Below, piece by piece: positions 37,126 to 47,237 of a stretch of DNA of 64,000 nt. A model generated the notes under the pieces. The model saw only the letters and a program-made list of their open reading frames with translations, was not told the origin of the DNA and did not search any database. Source of the stretch: Gemmatimonadales bacterium (GTDB lineage: Bacteria > Gemmatimonadota > Glassbacteria > GWA2-58-10). Where the stretch lies: NCBI GenBank assembly GCA_024278175.1, contig JAJRTS010000006.1, positions 41,036 through 105,035 on the forward strand. Reading direction: 5' to 3'. Positions within the stretch are counted from its first letter, which is position 1; the number at the start of each line of letters is the position of its first letter. The translations under genes and the position numbers were made by a program.

Positions 37126-37407
37126 AGCTGTGGCGATAGCAGCGCCCGGGGCAGTTGGCACCGGTTGTTCCGCCGGCCGTCGCATAACATGAAATCTCCC
37201 GGCGGATAAGAGCCTCGATCGGCGAGAAAAAAACTCGGCACGAAAGGAGGATCGCGGGTTGCAACCACTGCGGGAAGACACACCACCTGGCGCGCTATGG
37301 CCTGTTGGCTATCACCGTGCTGAAAAAAAAAACGATGATAAGGAGGTGAGAGAACCAGCAGAAATCTGAATTGTCCGGTTCAACATCTTCACAATTCTGG
37401 AGGGTGT

Positions 37408-40400
37408 ATGTCCATGAATGGTAAAGCTTACAGCTTAAGAGCCGCACTGCTCGGCCTGACGCTGGCATTGCTGGCAGCCGGTTCGGCTTTCGCCCAGGCG
37501 CTTAACACGGCGAAACTCGAGGGCGTTGTCAGAGATGCCGACACCGGCCAGCCGCTGGCCGGGGTACAGGTCGTGGTCGAGGGGACCCGGCTCGGCAACG
37601 TAACCAACAACGATGGTTACTATTTCATTCTCAACGTGTCTCCAGGCCGGCGTGGCGTCACTTTCAGCTATACCGGTTACCAGAAAACCACGGTTGCCAA
37701 CCAGTTGTTGCTGGCGGGTCAGACTATGACAGTGGATTGCAATCTCAGCTCCACCGTGGTCCAGCTCGAAGGGATCGTGATCGAGGGACAAAACGACATC
37801 CTGATCCCCCGTGACAACACGGCTTCCAAGCAGCGCATCACCAGTGAGAAGCTGACCGGGGCGCCCGCCACCAGGCTGGAAGACCTGATGGTGCTCGAGG
37901 CCGGCGTATCGCTCGGCGGCGAGGGCGGCAAGGCCCGCGGCCTTCGTATCCGCGGCGGCCGTCTGGGCGAGGAGGCGATGGTGGTTGACGGCGTGACGGT
38001 GCGTAACTACACCGCCGACCCCTACCGCACCGGTACTTTCTGGGTTTACACTCAGGAAGAGGGTTCGCTGAGCGAGGACACCACGCCGCTGGAGTTCTCC
38101 ACGAGCGCGGTGGAAGAAGTCGATATTATCACAGGCGGTTTCCAGGCCGAGTACGGTAACGCCCAGAGCGGTATCGTCAATATCGTGACCAAGGAAGGCG
38201 GACCTGATCTCAGGGGTAACGCTCGCTGGACCACCGACGAGGCCAATCCCCGTACCTCCGACTATGGTTACAACCAGCTTACCACCAGCGTGGGCGGCCC
38301 GGTACCGTTGATCCCTCACCTGAACTTCCAACTTACCGGTGAGCTGCAGGGCGTGGAGGATATCAGTCCCACTCACGCCAGCGAGGGTTTCCGCGGAGTA
38401 AACCAGCAGTTTGTCGACCGCCTGAACTGGGCCGTGCGTAACGACCCGGTCTACGGAGATCCCAAGTGGTGGAACGATGCGGGCTACGACGAGCCCCGTC
38501 CCGCCTTTATCCTGAGCGAGATGGTTTCCGCCCGCGAGATCTGGGCCGGGCGGATGGGAGAGGACTTTTTCTCCGGCCATCCCTGGGTTTCGCAGGGAGT
38601 TTACTCTCCGCCCAACCCCGTGCGGATCCCGGATAACTGGCAGGACAGGAACCTGCTCAACGGCAAGCTGACCTATTCGCCGATCCGGGGCCTGAAATTC
38701 TTAATGAGCGAGAACTTCTCCCGCTACCAGCGTCAGTGGCCTTCGGAGTCGGACGCCTACTGGCGTCAGGGCTGGGTAACGCCCGACATGCTCGGCAAGC
38801 GCATGTGGTCCACGCTCAAGGGCGACATGATCGCCGGGCCCGACACGTTTGCCTACGTGCCGATCGGCCTGGGACGGCGCACGCGTACGGGCCAGTTCCT
38901 GGCCGGTGTCAACTGGGACTTCTACCAGAGCGCCGAGCGCAGCGCATCGCTGCAGTTCCGGTTCATGAACATGCGCGTACAGGATATCAACTCCTCGAAC
39001 ATCAAGGAGAACTGGCGGCGTGATCCTCAGTTCCTCACCTTCAACGTGCACGATCTGCCGTTCATGGTCGAGACGTTTCCGGGCAGGGATCACCTGAACA
39101 ATCCCGAGGACGCGGCCTGGTACTATACCGATGGTACCGGCGTGTGGAACCGGGATCATACCTACTGGACTCCGTTCGGCTATTCGACCAACTCGCAGCT
39201 CTACTATCTGAACTACCGTTACCTGCGCGAGGACCAGAACACGTTCAAGCTGGATATGGAGTTCCAGCTCGACCGCCACAACCGGATGAAATTCGGCTGG
39301 CAGGGCACGTTCTTCCAGAACAACCAGTTCCAGGTCCGCCAGCAGCCGCGAATCCTGGACAACGAGTTCGATTACCGTCCGAGACTGTTCGCCGCTTACA
39401 TTCAGAACCGTACCGACCTCGGCGATTTCGTGTTCGACTACGGCCTGCGCTGGGACCAGTTCCAGCCGCGTGACAACTGGGGCTTTCGCAACAACGACCA
39501 GTACGGCGAGCGTTACTTCCCCAAAGACCAGAGCGAGTTATCGCCGCGCTTCAACGTGGCCTTCCCGGTTACCGACAAGGCCCAGATGCGTTTCAGCTAC
39601 GGCGTTTTCACCCAACTGCCCAGCTTCACGTTCATCTTCAGCGGCAATAACCCCGGCGGTCTGGGGTACTCCAGGACTGATGCTTTCGAGGCCGGCCTGA
39701 GTTACCTGCTCTCCGATGAGACGGTGCTGGATTTTACGGGATTCTACCGCGATGCCGACGGCAACGTGTCCTCCGGCTCGTTCTTCCGTGATTATACCCA
39801 GGCCGTTACCGGCCGCTGGGTGCGCGGAATCCAGGGCGCCTTCACCAACAGCGACCGCGCTAACGTGAAGGGTTTCGACCTCACGCTGCGCAAGCGTTTC
39901 AGTAACCACTACTCGCTGAACCTGATCTACACCCTGCAGTTCTCGCGGACCACCGGTTCGAGCTACCAGGCGTCGACCAACGACGGACTGCGGCCCGCGC
40001 GCGAGGACAGGACCCATAAGCTGTCGGCGCACTTGAGCTACATGACCGACGAAGACGTTTTCGCCGGCACCTGGGCCAACAAGGTCTTCAAGAACGTAAG
40101 GGCCTACCTGTTGCCCAGCGTGATGAGCGGCAAGCCCACCGGTGTGTACGTGCCGTATACGGCTGCCAACGCAAGTCTCAACCGCATGCGCGGCCGCTGG
40201 GATTACAACGTCGATCTCAGGCTGAACAAGGAATTTGGCCTGTCCGGCAGAAAAAGGATCAGCTTGTTTGCGGAAGTTTACAACCTGACCAACCGCAAGC
40301 TGCCGCAGCCGTATCCTTCCGGATACACGTTCCAGGGTTATCGGTACGCAACCGGTGGAGTCGAGTACAAGTGGGACACCGCTCCCTCTGATGCAAAATA

Positions 40401-40554
40401 CCTGTTCGTTCGTGATTTCGACGGGGACGGCGTACTCACCATCGATGAAGCGGCCAGGGGCGCAATTGCCGACGCCTTTGCCAGGGCCACGGACAATTTC
40501 AGAGCATGGGGCCTGGCCCGTCAGATCAGAAGCGGTATCGAGTTCACCTTCTGA
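37408..40554 (+). CDS. TonB-dependent-receptor-like outer membrane protein (CarboxypepD_reg + plug + beta-barrel)
   Basis: Signal peptide, carboxypeptidase-regulatory-like domain (GVVRDADTGQPLAGVQVVVEG), plug region, long barrel, and C-terminal aromatic residue (EFTF). Confidence 0.7.
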   Translation: MSMNGKAYSLRAALLGLTLALLAAGSAFAQALNTAKLEGVVRDADTGQPLAGVQVVVEGTRLGNVTNNDGYYFILNVSPGRRGVTFSYTGYQKTTVANQLLLAGQTMTVDCNLSSTVVQLEGIVIEGQNDILIPRDNTASKQRITSEKLTGAPATRLEDLMVLEAGVSLGGEGGKARGLRIRGGRLGEEAMVVDGVTVRNYTADPYRTGTFWVYTQEEGSLSEDTTPLEFSTSAVEEVDIITGGFQAEYGNAQSGIVNIVTKEGGPDLRGNARWTTDEANPRTSDYGYNQLTTSVGGPVPLIPHLNFQLTGELQGVEDISPTHASEGFRGVNQQFVDRLNWAVRNDPVYGDPKWWNDAGYDEPRPAFILSEMVSAREIWAGRMGEDFFSGHPWVSQGVYSPPNPVRIPDNWQDRNLLNGKLTYSPIRGLKFLMSENFSRYQRQWPSESDAYWRQGWVTPDMLGKRMWSTLKGDMIAGPDTFAYVPIGLGRRTRTGQFLAGVNWDFYQSAERSASLQFRFMNMRVQDINSSNIKENWRRDPQFLTFNVHDLPFMVETFPGRDHLNNPEDAAWYYTDGTGVWNRDHTYWTPFGYSTNSQLYYLNYRYLREDQNTFKLDMEFQLDRHNRMKFGWQGTFFQNNQFQVRQQPRILDNEFDYRPRLFAAYIQNRTDLGDFVFDYGLRWDQFQPRDNWGFRNNDQYGERYFPKDQSELSPRFNVAFPVTDKAQMRFSYGVFTQLPSFTFIFSGNNPGGLGYSRTDAFEAGLSYLLSDETVLDFTGFYRDADGNVSSGSFFRDYTQAVTGRWVRGIQGAFTNSDRANVKGFDLTLRKRFSNHYSLNLIYTLQFSRTTGSSYQASTNDGLRPAREDRTHKLSAHLSYMTDEDVFAGTWANKVFKNVRAYLLPSVMSGKPTGVYVPYTAANASLNRMRGRWDYNVDLRLNKEFGLSGRKRISLFAEVYNLTNRKLPQPYPSGYTFQGYRYATGGVEYKWDTAPSDAKYLFVRDFDGDGVLTIDEAARGAIADAFARATDNFRAWGLARQIRSGIEFTF

Positions 40555-40612
40555 ACCCGGCTCGGTCAATTGTGCTACTGAACGTCAGTCTTGAATCGAC
40601 GGGAGAAAGATT

Positions 40613-43600
40613 ATGTTGAAAAACAGTAGAATACTTTTCACTCTGGCCACGATGGCCCTGGTGCTCTGCATGGCTGTGGACGGTTTCGCTCTGCAGACCC
40701 GGACCAGAAAATCCCAGGGTAATAATTTCGGCCTGGAGTTGAACCTCGGTGGCACCGTTTTAGCGGGGACCAGTGAATATCCCCGCGGGTCGGGGAACTC
40801 CATCCCTACTTTCGAGGGTGGCTGGGGGCACTTCCTGGCGGTAGCCAGGGACCTCGATGGCGACGGGTATGCTGAGGACACCCTCTATGGCCGCAGCCGT
40901 GGCCGTACCGTGGGTGGCCGCAGAGCGTCACTTGAAGCGATGGATCTTGTACTGGAAGGTTTCAATGCCGGCCATCGGATGGATCAGTGGATGGGCCGTG
41001 TGGAAAACAACGAGATCTGGAGCTCCCTTGACCCCGACAACCTCACGCGCTGGCCGGCCGAGTTCCGCGAAGGCCGTACGATGAGCGGCGCCCCGATCCT
41101 GTTTGGCCGCGAAACCATCGGCGCCATGCACTCGGACGCCTACAATCGCAGCTATCACGGATCGGTACCGCCTACAGGCGTTTCGCTTGAATACCAGTTC
41201 TATTTCCTCGATTTCGGTGAAAGCAACGATCTGGCTTTCGGCCATCTGTTTATCCGCAACATGAGCGAATACCTGAAATACAACGATAACCAGAGTTTCA
41301 GGGACCAGGTTGCCGCAACTCCCGATGGGCAGGTCTGGGACAGCTTCGCGCTGATGTATGTCGAAAACTACTTCGGTATCGGTTTCAGCACGACCGGGAT
41401 GGATGAAGGCTGGGCTTTCCATCCGGCTCGCGTGATCAAGTGCATGGTCGATCAGGACGGGCTGGAAGACGGTTTCACCAACGGCGGCATGGCTTTCATT
41501 ATCGGTTACACGCCGCTGAAGAATATGGAGTTCAAGGGCGAGACCGCCTACCTGTCCAACACCACCAACTTCCGCTGGAGCGCTGATTTCGGTATCTCGA
41601 AGGCGCTGGACATGGGTACGCGCTCCGATCCCGGGCATACCTTTCGCTGGGCTACCTGCTTGCAGCCGGATGGGACAGAAAGGGACATCTCCGACTTCTA
41701 CGGCGATGAGATCAGCCCCTACACCGGCCGCGCCCTTACCGGCAACCCCGGTGTGATCGTGCCCTCCGATTCCCGTTACAACCAATGGCTGTGGGGCCGC
41801 CAGGCCCGGATCAATTACCATGCCTGGAGCGGACTGCACCAGTTCGGTCCCCGCGATACCACCACCACCGATTTCGCGATCATGGCGGCTTATCCCACTA
41901 ATCCTCCGCTGGTGATGAAGCCCAACGATATCGCCAATATCGACGATCCCGACATCCAGGTCCAGCTCGCTCCTCTGGAGCGGATGCAGGACGTTGCAAA
42001 GATCGTTTACAAGGGCGGATATATTCTGCCTCAGACACCTGTGCCGCCCCCGCTGACTATCGTGCCGGGTGACAGAGAGGTGACGATTACCTGGAGCAAC
42101 GTTAACCTGAACACCCCGGATGAATACTATTATTTCATCCAGGATAATCCCGAAGTCGATCCCGAAGGCGTATACCGGGAGTACGATTTCGAGGGATATC
42201 GTCTTTATCGCAACTATGTGGGACCGAGCGACGCCCATTCCGAATTGATTTATGAATCCAGTCTGGGCGCGGGTGATCTTGCATTCCACTACGTGGACAC
42301 AAGGGACAAGGACGACCCGTACTACAGGATGCGTAACGGGCTAAAGATCTGGTACGCTCTCGTACCTTACGACCTGAACTACGATCCGGCCACGGGGGAC
42401 GAACTCAGCCTGCCTGATCCCGGGCAGTCGAAGGTTTGGAACCGCACGTTCCCGGAAGGTTACTACACGGTTCGGCCGCGCAGCGATGCAAGCAACTTCA
42501 AGCCTGCCGAAGTCGCCTCGATAACCTATCTGCCGAGCGCGGGAGAAGCGATCCAGGTAACTGAGGTGGCGCTGGCCGGTTCCGAGGGTATGATCACCGA
42601 GACCCCGAAGTTTCTCGAGCCTTATACCGACATTGCCGTCGAGGTCGTAAACAGTGAAAGGATAACCTCGGATCAGACGGTTTACCTCGCTGTTACGGGG
42701 ATGGGGCCTCATGGTGGTCTGGCCGGTAGCAGGACCGTGGTCCTGCAAGACGCCGGTGGCACCCTGGTCGATCCGTTCAAACAGAGCATTATGGTCAACG
42801 GCCGCGGCAGGGACTACAATAAAAGTCTTGCCTATTCCGCCGGTATGAGTGGTGACGGTATTTCATACTCGGTCAACATGTCGATCAGCCAGCAGACTAT
42901 TCGGAACATGCAGACCCAGATGGACCTGGGTGGTTACGGTGGTGATGTCTCTTTTGCCACTTACCGCTGGGGTGAAGGCTCGGGCGGACTTGTCTACAAC
43001 AGCGGTGGCTCAAATGCCGCCTACACCAGGGCCGGTGAGTTCAAGGTTACCTGGAGCGCCTCCGGCGGCGGCCTGACCTGTACGGTTCAGGACCTGACCC
43101 ACGGCAAGGCGATCCCCTTCAGCCCGTATATCGATGATGAGAACTGGGGATTCATCGTCGGTGGCGCTACGTATGCGGATATTACCGGAGACGCGGGCCG
43201 TGAATGGGGCGGCCCCAGCAACGTGCTGGTTCCGCAGAGTGAACGCAGCATCATGCTGGCCGAGACAGTCCCTGCCAATAATACGGAGGACTTCTACCTC
43301 TACGTTAACGGGCAGGCCTGGAAGTTCACCAATCTCAGCGCGATGCCGGCCTCCGGCACCGTTATGACGGTGATTACGGCATACGGCAGCTGGAACGGCG
43401 ACGGTACGGCTTTTACCCAGACACCGGAACCGATCTTTCCCGGTGACAAATGGCAAGTCATCATCAAGGCGATGAGTATGAGCACCGATGATATTGACCT
43501 GTCAAAAATCAGGGTCGTGCCGAATCCATACATCGCCAGTTCGATGCTCGATCAGTCCGGCGGCAGCCGCAGGATCGATTTCGTCAACCTGCCGGGCCGC

Positions 43601-43876
43601 TGCACGATCAGGATTTATTCTCTGGGCGGAAATCTGGTCAATGTGCTCAATCACATCGGTTCAGGCCGGACCGGTTGGGGTAACTATACCGACCTGGACA
43701 ACATCCAGCCGGATAACACTCCGCTGGAGTTCACGGGCTACGATAACCACGGCGGCACCGAACCCTGGAACGTGAAAAACCGTTTCGGACAGACTGTAGC
43801 CAGCGGGTTGTATTTCTACCATGTGACGGACGAGCGGGGAGAAACGCACACGGGTAAGTTCTACATCGTCAACTGA
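40613..43876 (+). CDS. large secreted protein of unknown function with a T9SS C-terminal sorting domain
   Basis: Signal peptide. The last ~80 aa (IRVVPNPYI...CTIRIYSLGGNLVNVL...ASGLYFYHVTDERGETHTGKFYIVN) match Por_Secre_tail / type-A CTD architecture. Confidence 0.65.
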   Translation: MLKNSRILFTLATMALVLCMAVDGFALQTRTRKSQGNNFGLELNLGGTVLAGTSEYPRGSGNSIPTFEGGWGHFLAVARDLDGDGYAEDTLYGRSRGRTVGGRRASLEAMDLVLEGFNAGHRMDQWMGRVENNEIWSSLDPDNLTRWPAEFREGRTMSGAPILFGRETIGAMHSDAYNRSYHGSVPPTGVSLEYQFYFLDFGESNDLAFGHLFIRNMSEYLKYNDNQSFRDQVAATPDGQVWDSFALMYVENYFGIGFSTTGMDEGWAFHPARVIKCMVDQDGLEDGFTNGGMAFIIGYTPLKNMEFKGETAYLSNTTNFRWSADFGISKALDMGTRSDPGHTFRWATCLQPDGTERDISDFYGDEISPYTGRALTGNPGVIVPSDSRYNQWLWGRQARINYHAWSGLHQFGPRDTTTTDFAIMAAYPTNPPLVMKPNDIANIDDPDIQVQLAPLERMQDVAKIVYKGGYILPQTPVPPPLTIVPGDREVTITWSNVNLNTPDEYYYFIQDNPEVDPEGVYREYDFEGYRLYRNYVGPSDAHSELIYESSLGAGDLAFHYVDTRDKDDPYYRMRNGLKIWYALVPYDLNYDPATGDELSLPDPGQSKVWNRTFPEGYYTVRPRSDASNFKPAEVASITYLPSAGEAIQVTEVALAGSEGMITETPKFLEPYTDIAVEVVNSERITSDQTVYLAVTGMGPHGGLAGSRTVVLQDAGGTLVDPFKQSIMVNGRGRDYNKSLAYSAGMSGDGISYSVNMSISQQTIRNMQTQMDLGGYGGDVSFATYRWGEGSGGLVYNSGGSNAAYTRAGEFKVTWSASGGGLTCTVQDLTHGKAIPFSPYIDDENWGFIVGGATYADITGDAGREWGGPSNVLVPQSERSIMLAETVPANNTEDFYLYVNGQAWKFTNLSAMPASGTVMTVITAYGSWNGDGTAFTQTPEPIFPGDKWQVIIKAMSMSTDDIDLSKIRVVPNPYIASSMLDQSGGSRRIDFVNLPGRCTIRIYSLGGNLVNVLNHIGSGRTGWGNYTDLDNIQPDNTPLEFTGYDNHGGTEPWNVKNRFGQTVASGLYFYHVTDERGETHTGKFYIVN

Positions 43877-43944
43877 TGAGGACGCGGTGTGAGCAGCTTA
43901 CTTAGCAAGCGTTCTTCCCATTCAAGAGTATATGGAGGTTAGTT

Positions 43945-45156
43945 ATGTTGAGAAAGATGGCATTAAGAGCCATAACGACCGCTGGCGTACTCCTCGCGTT
44001 CGTCGCCTTGCCCCTGCTAGGACAGGGTATCGAGCGTAAGGAATACAACGGTCTGGACAAATATCCCACACAGGGACGCCCGGGCGCCAGCAGCTCCGTG
44101 GGCGTTCGTGCGGCGGAGTTCCTGACCATCCCGGTGGGTGCCCGCGGTATCGGCATGGGCGGCGCCAGTTCGGCGGTGCTTGACGATATTTCCGCGATCT
44201 GGTGGAATCCGGCCGGACTGGGACTGCTCGAGCAGAGCGAAGTGATGTTGACGGTTGTGGACTACACGATGAACCTGTCCTACAGCTATGCCGCATTCGC
44301 CACGCCGATTGCCGATAACGTAATGACCATCGGTGTGTTCGCCGGCTATCTGGACATTCCGGATGAGGAAATCACAACCATCACCAGTCCCAACGGCACA
44401 GGGCAGTACTACAACGCCTACGATTTCCAGATGGGCGCCAGTTTCGCCTACAACCTCTCGGACCGCTTCACGGCCGGGATCAACGTGAAGTACATCCATC
44501 AGGATTTCTTCCAGAACCTTGCCGCCAACGCATTAGGAATCGATGCCGGAGCGATCTATCACACCGAGCTGGCTGACCGTGAAATCCGTTTCGCCTTCAC
44601 GGTCCAGAACCTCGGTACCAACCTCACCATGAGGGGTGAGAACCTGCGGGTCAATGTCGGGCCCGAGCGGCTCAATGGCGGAGTGCCCGACGGTTACGGC
44701 GACTACTCCACTGATCCGTTCGCCCTGGCCACGCGTAATACCCGTGAAGCCTTCCGCGCGACCAACACCTACCGCCTGCCCACCACGGTGAAAATCGCGC
44801 TGGCCTACAACCTCTACACCAGCGAGTCAGCCAACTGGCTGGCCAGCGCGGAGCTCTGGCGCAACAGCAACATCCCGATCAGCTACGCGGTTGGTTCGGA
44901 AGTGAATTATAACTTCACTCCCTTCCTCTCCGGCGCTGTCAGGATGGGCTGGTTGATCCAGACCGATGAGTTCACCGACAGTGCCGACCAACTGGGTTAC
45001 GCCTATCTGGGTGATAATCCCACCTGGCGCGGACTGAGCTTCGGCGGCGGACTCAAGCAGATTTTCGGCAGCAAGGCAGTCAGCTTCAACTACGCCTATC
45101 AGAACAAGGGCCGCCTTTCAGCCGATAACTTCTTCAGTCTGCAGTTTGGATTCTAA
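43945..45156 (+). CDS. PorV/PorQ-family outer membrane protein (T9SS-associated)
   Basis: Signal peptide, the hallmark AAEFLTIPVGARGIGMGGASSAVLDDISAIWWNPAGLG region, and a beta-barrel ending in an aromatic residue (LQFGF). Confidence 0.65.
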   Translation: MLRKMALRAITTAGVLLAFVALPLLGQGIERKEYNGLDKYPTQGRPGASSSVGVRAAEFLTIPVGARGIGMGGASSAVLDDISAIWWNPAGLGLLEQSEVMLTVVDYTMNLSYSYAAFATPIADNVMTIGVFAGYLDIPDEEITTITSPNGTGQYYNAYDFQMGASFAYNLSDRFTAGINVKYIHQDFFQNLAANALGIDAGAIYHTELADREIRFAFTVQNLGTNLTMRGENLRVNVGPERLNGGVPDGYGDYSTDPFALATRNTREAFRATNTYRLPTTVKIALAYNLYTSESANWLASAELWRNSNIPISYAVGSEVNYNFTPFLSGAVRMGWLIQTDEFTDSADQLGYAYLGDNPTWRGLSFGGGLKQIFGSKAVSFNYAYQNKGRLSADNFFSLQFGF

Positions 45157-45254
45157 CGCCTTGGAGGGCGCCCGAAGAAGTTAGCAAAAAAGAGCCGGCC
45201 GCGGAATTCCGCGGCCGGCTTTCTATTATCGCCTTGGATTATTTAAACTCTGCG

Positions 45255-46289
45255 TTATGTGGAAAGCTCCACCTCGCGATGAGCTTTCGCGGCACGGTAG
45301 ATCGTTTCGATCAGCAGCCCGGTCCTGCGGGCTTCCTCGCCGCTGACCGCCGGATCGCGGCCCTCGCGCACCGCCGAGCAGAAATCCTCGATAATCGCTT
45401 CGTGCCCGCTGGTGTCGGTTACCGCCACGCCGCCGGCTCCGGCTCCGCTATGGATCGTCTCGGCGCTCTCCACCTCCGGCCGCTGTACCCCCTCGACGTC
45501 CCAGGCCACTATCTCGTCGTTGACAGTCAGCACGGAGCCGCGCTCGGCGTGAATCTCCAGGCGCACCGGGTAGCCGGGGGCGGTCACCGTGCTGGCCACT
45601 ATCGTGCCGATCATCCCCCCGGCCCAGGTAAGGATCGCCGCGCCGTGGTCCTCCACCTCGATCCCGGTATGGGCCAGCACCCCGGTGGCCGCCTGCACCC
45701 TGGCGGGCAGACCGAAAAACCAGGTGAGCGTGTCCACGTTGTGGCTGGCCTGCTGGATGAACGGCCCGCCGCCATCGACTTCCAGTGTGCCGCGCCAGGG
45801 TGCGCTGTCGTAGTAGTCCTGGCCGCGAAGGAATTTCACGCTCAGGTCGGCGCAATAGAGCTTGCCCAGTGCGCCGTTGTCGAGCAGCTTTTTCATCGCG
45901 ATATTGGCCGGACTCATCCGCCGCTGGAACGCCACGCCCAGCCGAAGGTTGGCCTTGCGGCAGGCGGCGATCATCTCGTCCATCTTCGCGATTGTCACAT
46001 CCAGCGGTTTTTCGGTGAGTACGTGCTTGCCCAGCGCGGCCGCCGCCAGCGTGTCGCGGCAATGCAGACCGTTGGGAGTTGCCAGCATCACGGCGTCGTA
46101 GTCCGTCTCTATCGTATCCAGACTGCCGCCGCTCTCGCCCAGCGAGTGCTCGGCCGCGTAGGCGGCCGCCCGGCCGGTGTCGCGGCTAACCACGCCCACA
46201 ATCTTTGCCCCGGCCACCTTGGCCGTGGCGTTCACGTAAGTTCCCGCGATATTACCTGTCCCTACCAGCACGAATCTGACTGGTTGCAT
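45255..46289 (-). CDS. Gfo/Idh/MocA family oxidoreductase
   Basis: Rossmann VLVGTGNIAG, E-K-P motif (LTEKPL), and a C-terminal domain. Confidence 0.8.
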   Translation of the reverse strand: MQPVRFVLVGTGNIAGTYVNATAKVAGAKIVGVVSRDTGRAAAYAAEHSLGESGGSLDTIETDYDAVMLATPNGLHCRDTLAAAALGKHVLTEKPLDVTIAKMDEMIAACRKANLRLGVAFQRRMSPANIAMKKLLDNGALGKLYCADLSVKFLRGQDYYDSAPWRGTLEVDGGGPFIQQASHNVDTLTWFFGLPARVQAATGVLAHTGIEVEDHGAAILTWAGGMIGTIVASTVTAPGYPVRLEIHAERGSVLTVNDEIVAWDVEGVQRPEVESAETIHSGAGAGGVAVTDTSGHEAIIEDFCSAVREGRDPAVSGEEARRTGLLIETIYRAAKAHREVELST

Positions 46290-46339
46290 TTACCACGCTC
46301 CTTCATAATTATAAACTGGATTAACTCTCGATTTTCAGC

Positions 46340-47200
46340 TCACGCCAGCCTGACCCACTCTTTTTCCGCCGCCTTTATCGCGTCAATCGTGTAGCGCACG
46401 TCCAGCCGGGGCTGGTCGGTGTACTTGGGGAACATCCCCACCACCACGGCGTCGCCCGGCTTGATCCTGGCGAACGCCCAGCGGAACGCTGCGGCCGCTT
46501 CCTCCTGCGATCCTGCCTTGCGGCCGCAACCGAGAATCTTGTAGGCCAGGCACATCCTGCCGGTCTGCTGGATAAAGCGGCAGATGCGTTCCGGGTCGTC
46601 GGGGTGGAACTCCTCCTGCTCGAACTTTCCGCTTACAACCGCGCTCTGGCGGGGTTTGCGGGCCACGTTGTAGAACGGAGTCATGTAGAAATCAATGTCC
46701 CAGCCGGCGTTCTCCACGTAGTCGAAAATCTGGGGGATATGGGCGGCCAGGCCCACCTGAACCCCGTTGTCGCGGATGGTTTTCAGGTAGTCCCGCACGT
46801 CGTCGATTCGCCCCTCGCGCCAGTACTTGTCGGTTTCGGTGCCGTGGAAATAGATCCCCTGCGCGCCGAACGCGGCGATCATTTTGATATTGTGGTGAAT
46901 GTCGTGCATCTCGCTGGCGGTCTGGGCGATAAACTGGATATCCTCACCCCGGCGGTGCAACAGCTCCAGGTAGTGCAGGATCCGATGGTAGTCGCCCCGG
47001 CCCTGGAACGTGTCTATCCCGGCGCGCTTGCAGGCAATCAGCGTGTCGACAATCCGCTCGGCGGAGAAATAGCTCTCCATGTCCCTGTTCATCGGCTCGC
47101 TGAAATGGCTGTTCCAGACAAACGGGTTGCCGCCCACAATCAGGCGGGTCACCCTGTGCGCTCCGAAAGGCACCGTGGGCAGTGCGTATTTATCGCTCAT
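46340..47200 (-). CDS. hypothetical protein
   Basis: A GGAGG RBS lies 9 nt upstream of the Met at 47200. No family recognised from sequence. Confidence 0.5.
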   Translation of the reverse strand: MSDKYALPTVPFGAHRVTRLIVGGNPFVWNSHFSEPMNRDMESYFSAERIVDTLIACKRAGIDTFQGRGDYHRILHYLELLHRRGEDIQFIAQTASEMHDIHHNIKMIAAFGAQGIYFHGTETDKYWREGRIDDVRDYLKTIRDNGVQVGLAAHIPQIFDYVENAGWDIDFYMTPFYNVARKPRQSAVVSGKFEQEEFHPDDPERICRFIQQTGRMCLAYKILGCGRKAGSQEEAAAAFRWAFARIKPGDAVVVGMFPKYTDQPRLDVRYTIDAIKAAEKEWVRLA

Positions 47201-47237
47201 TATCTTTTTCCTCCATGATAGCCGGGTCAGTTTTTGC

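Noticed and set aside
45234-46394. 386-aa plus-strand ORF antisense to the Gfo/Idh/MocA gene
   Set aside because: Shadow ORF. The minus-strand protein has a canonical Rossmann N-terminus.
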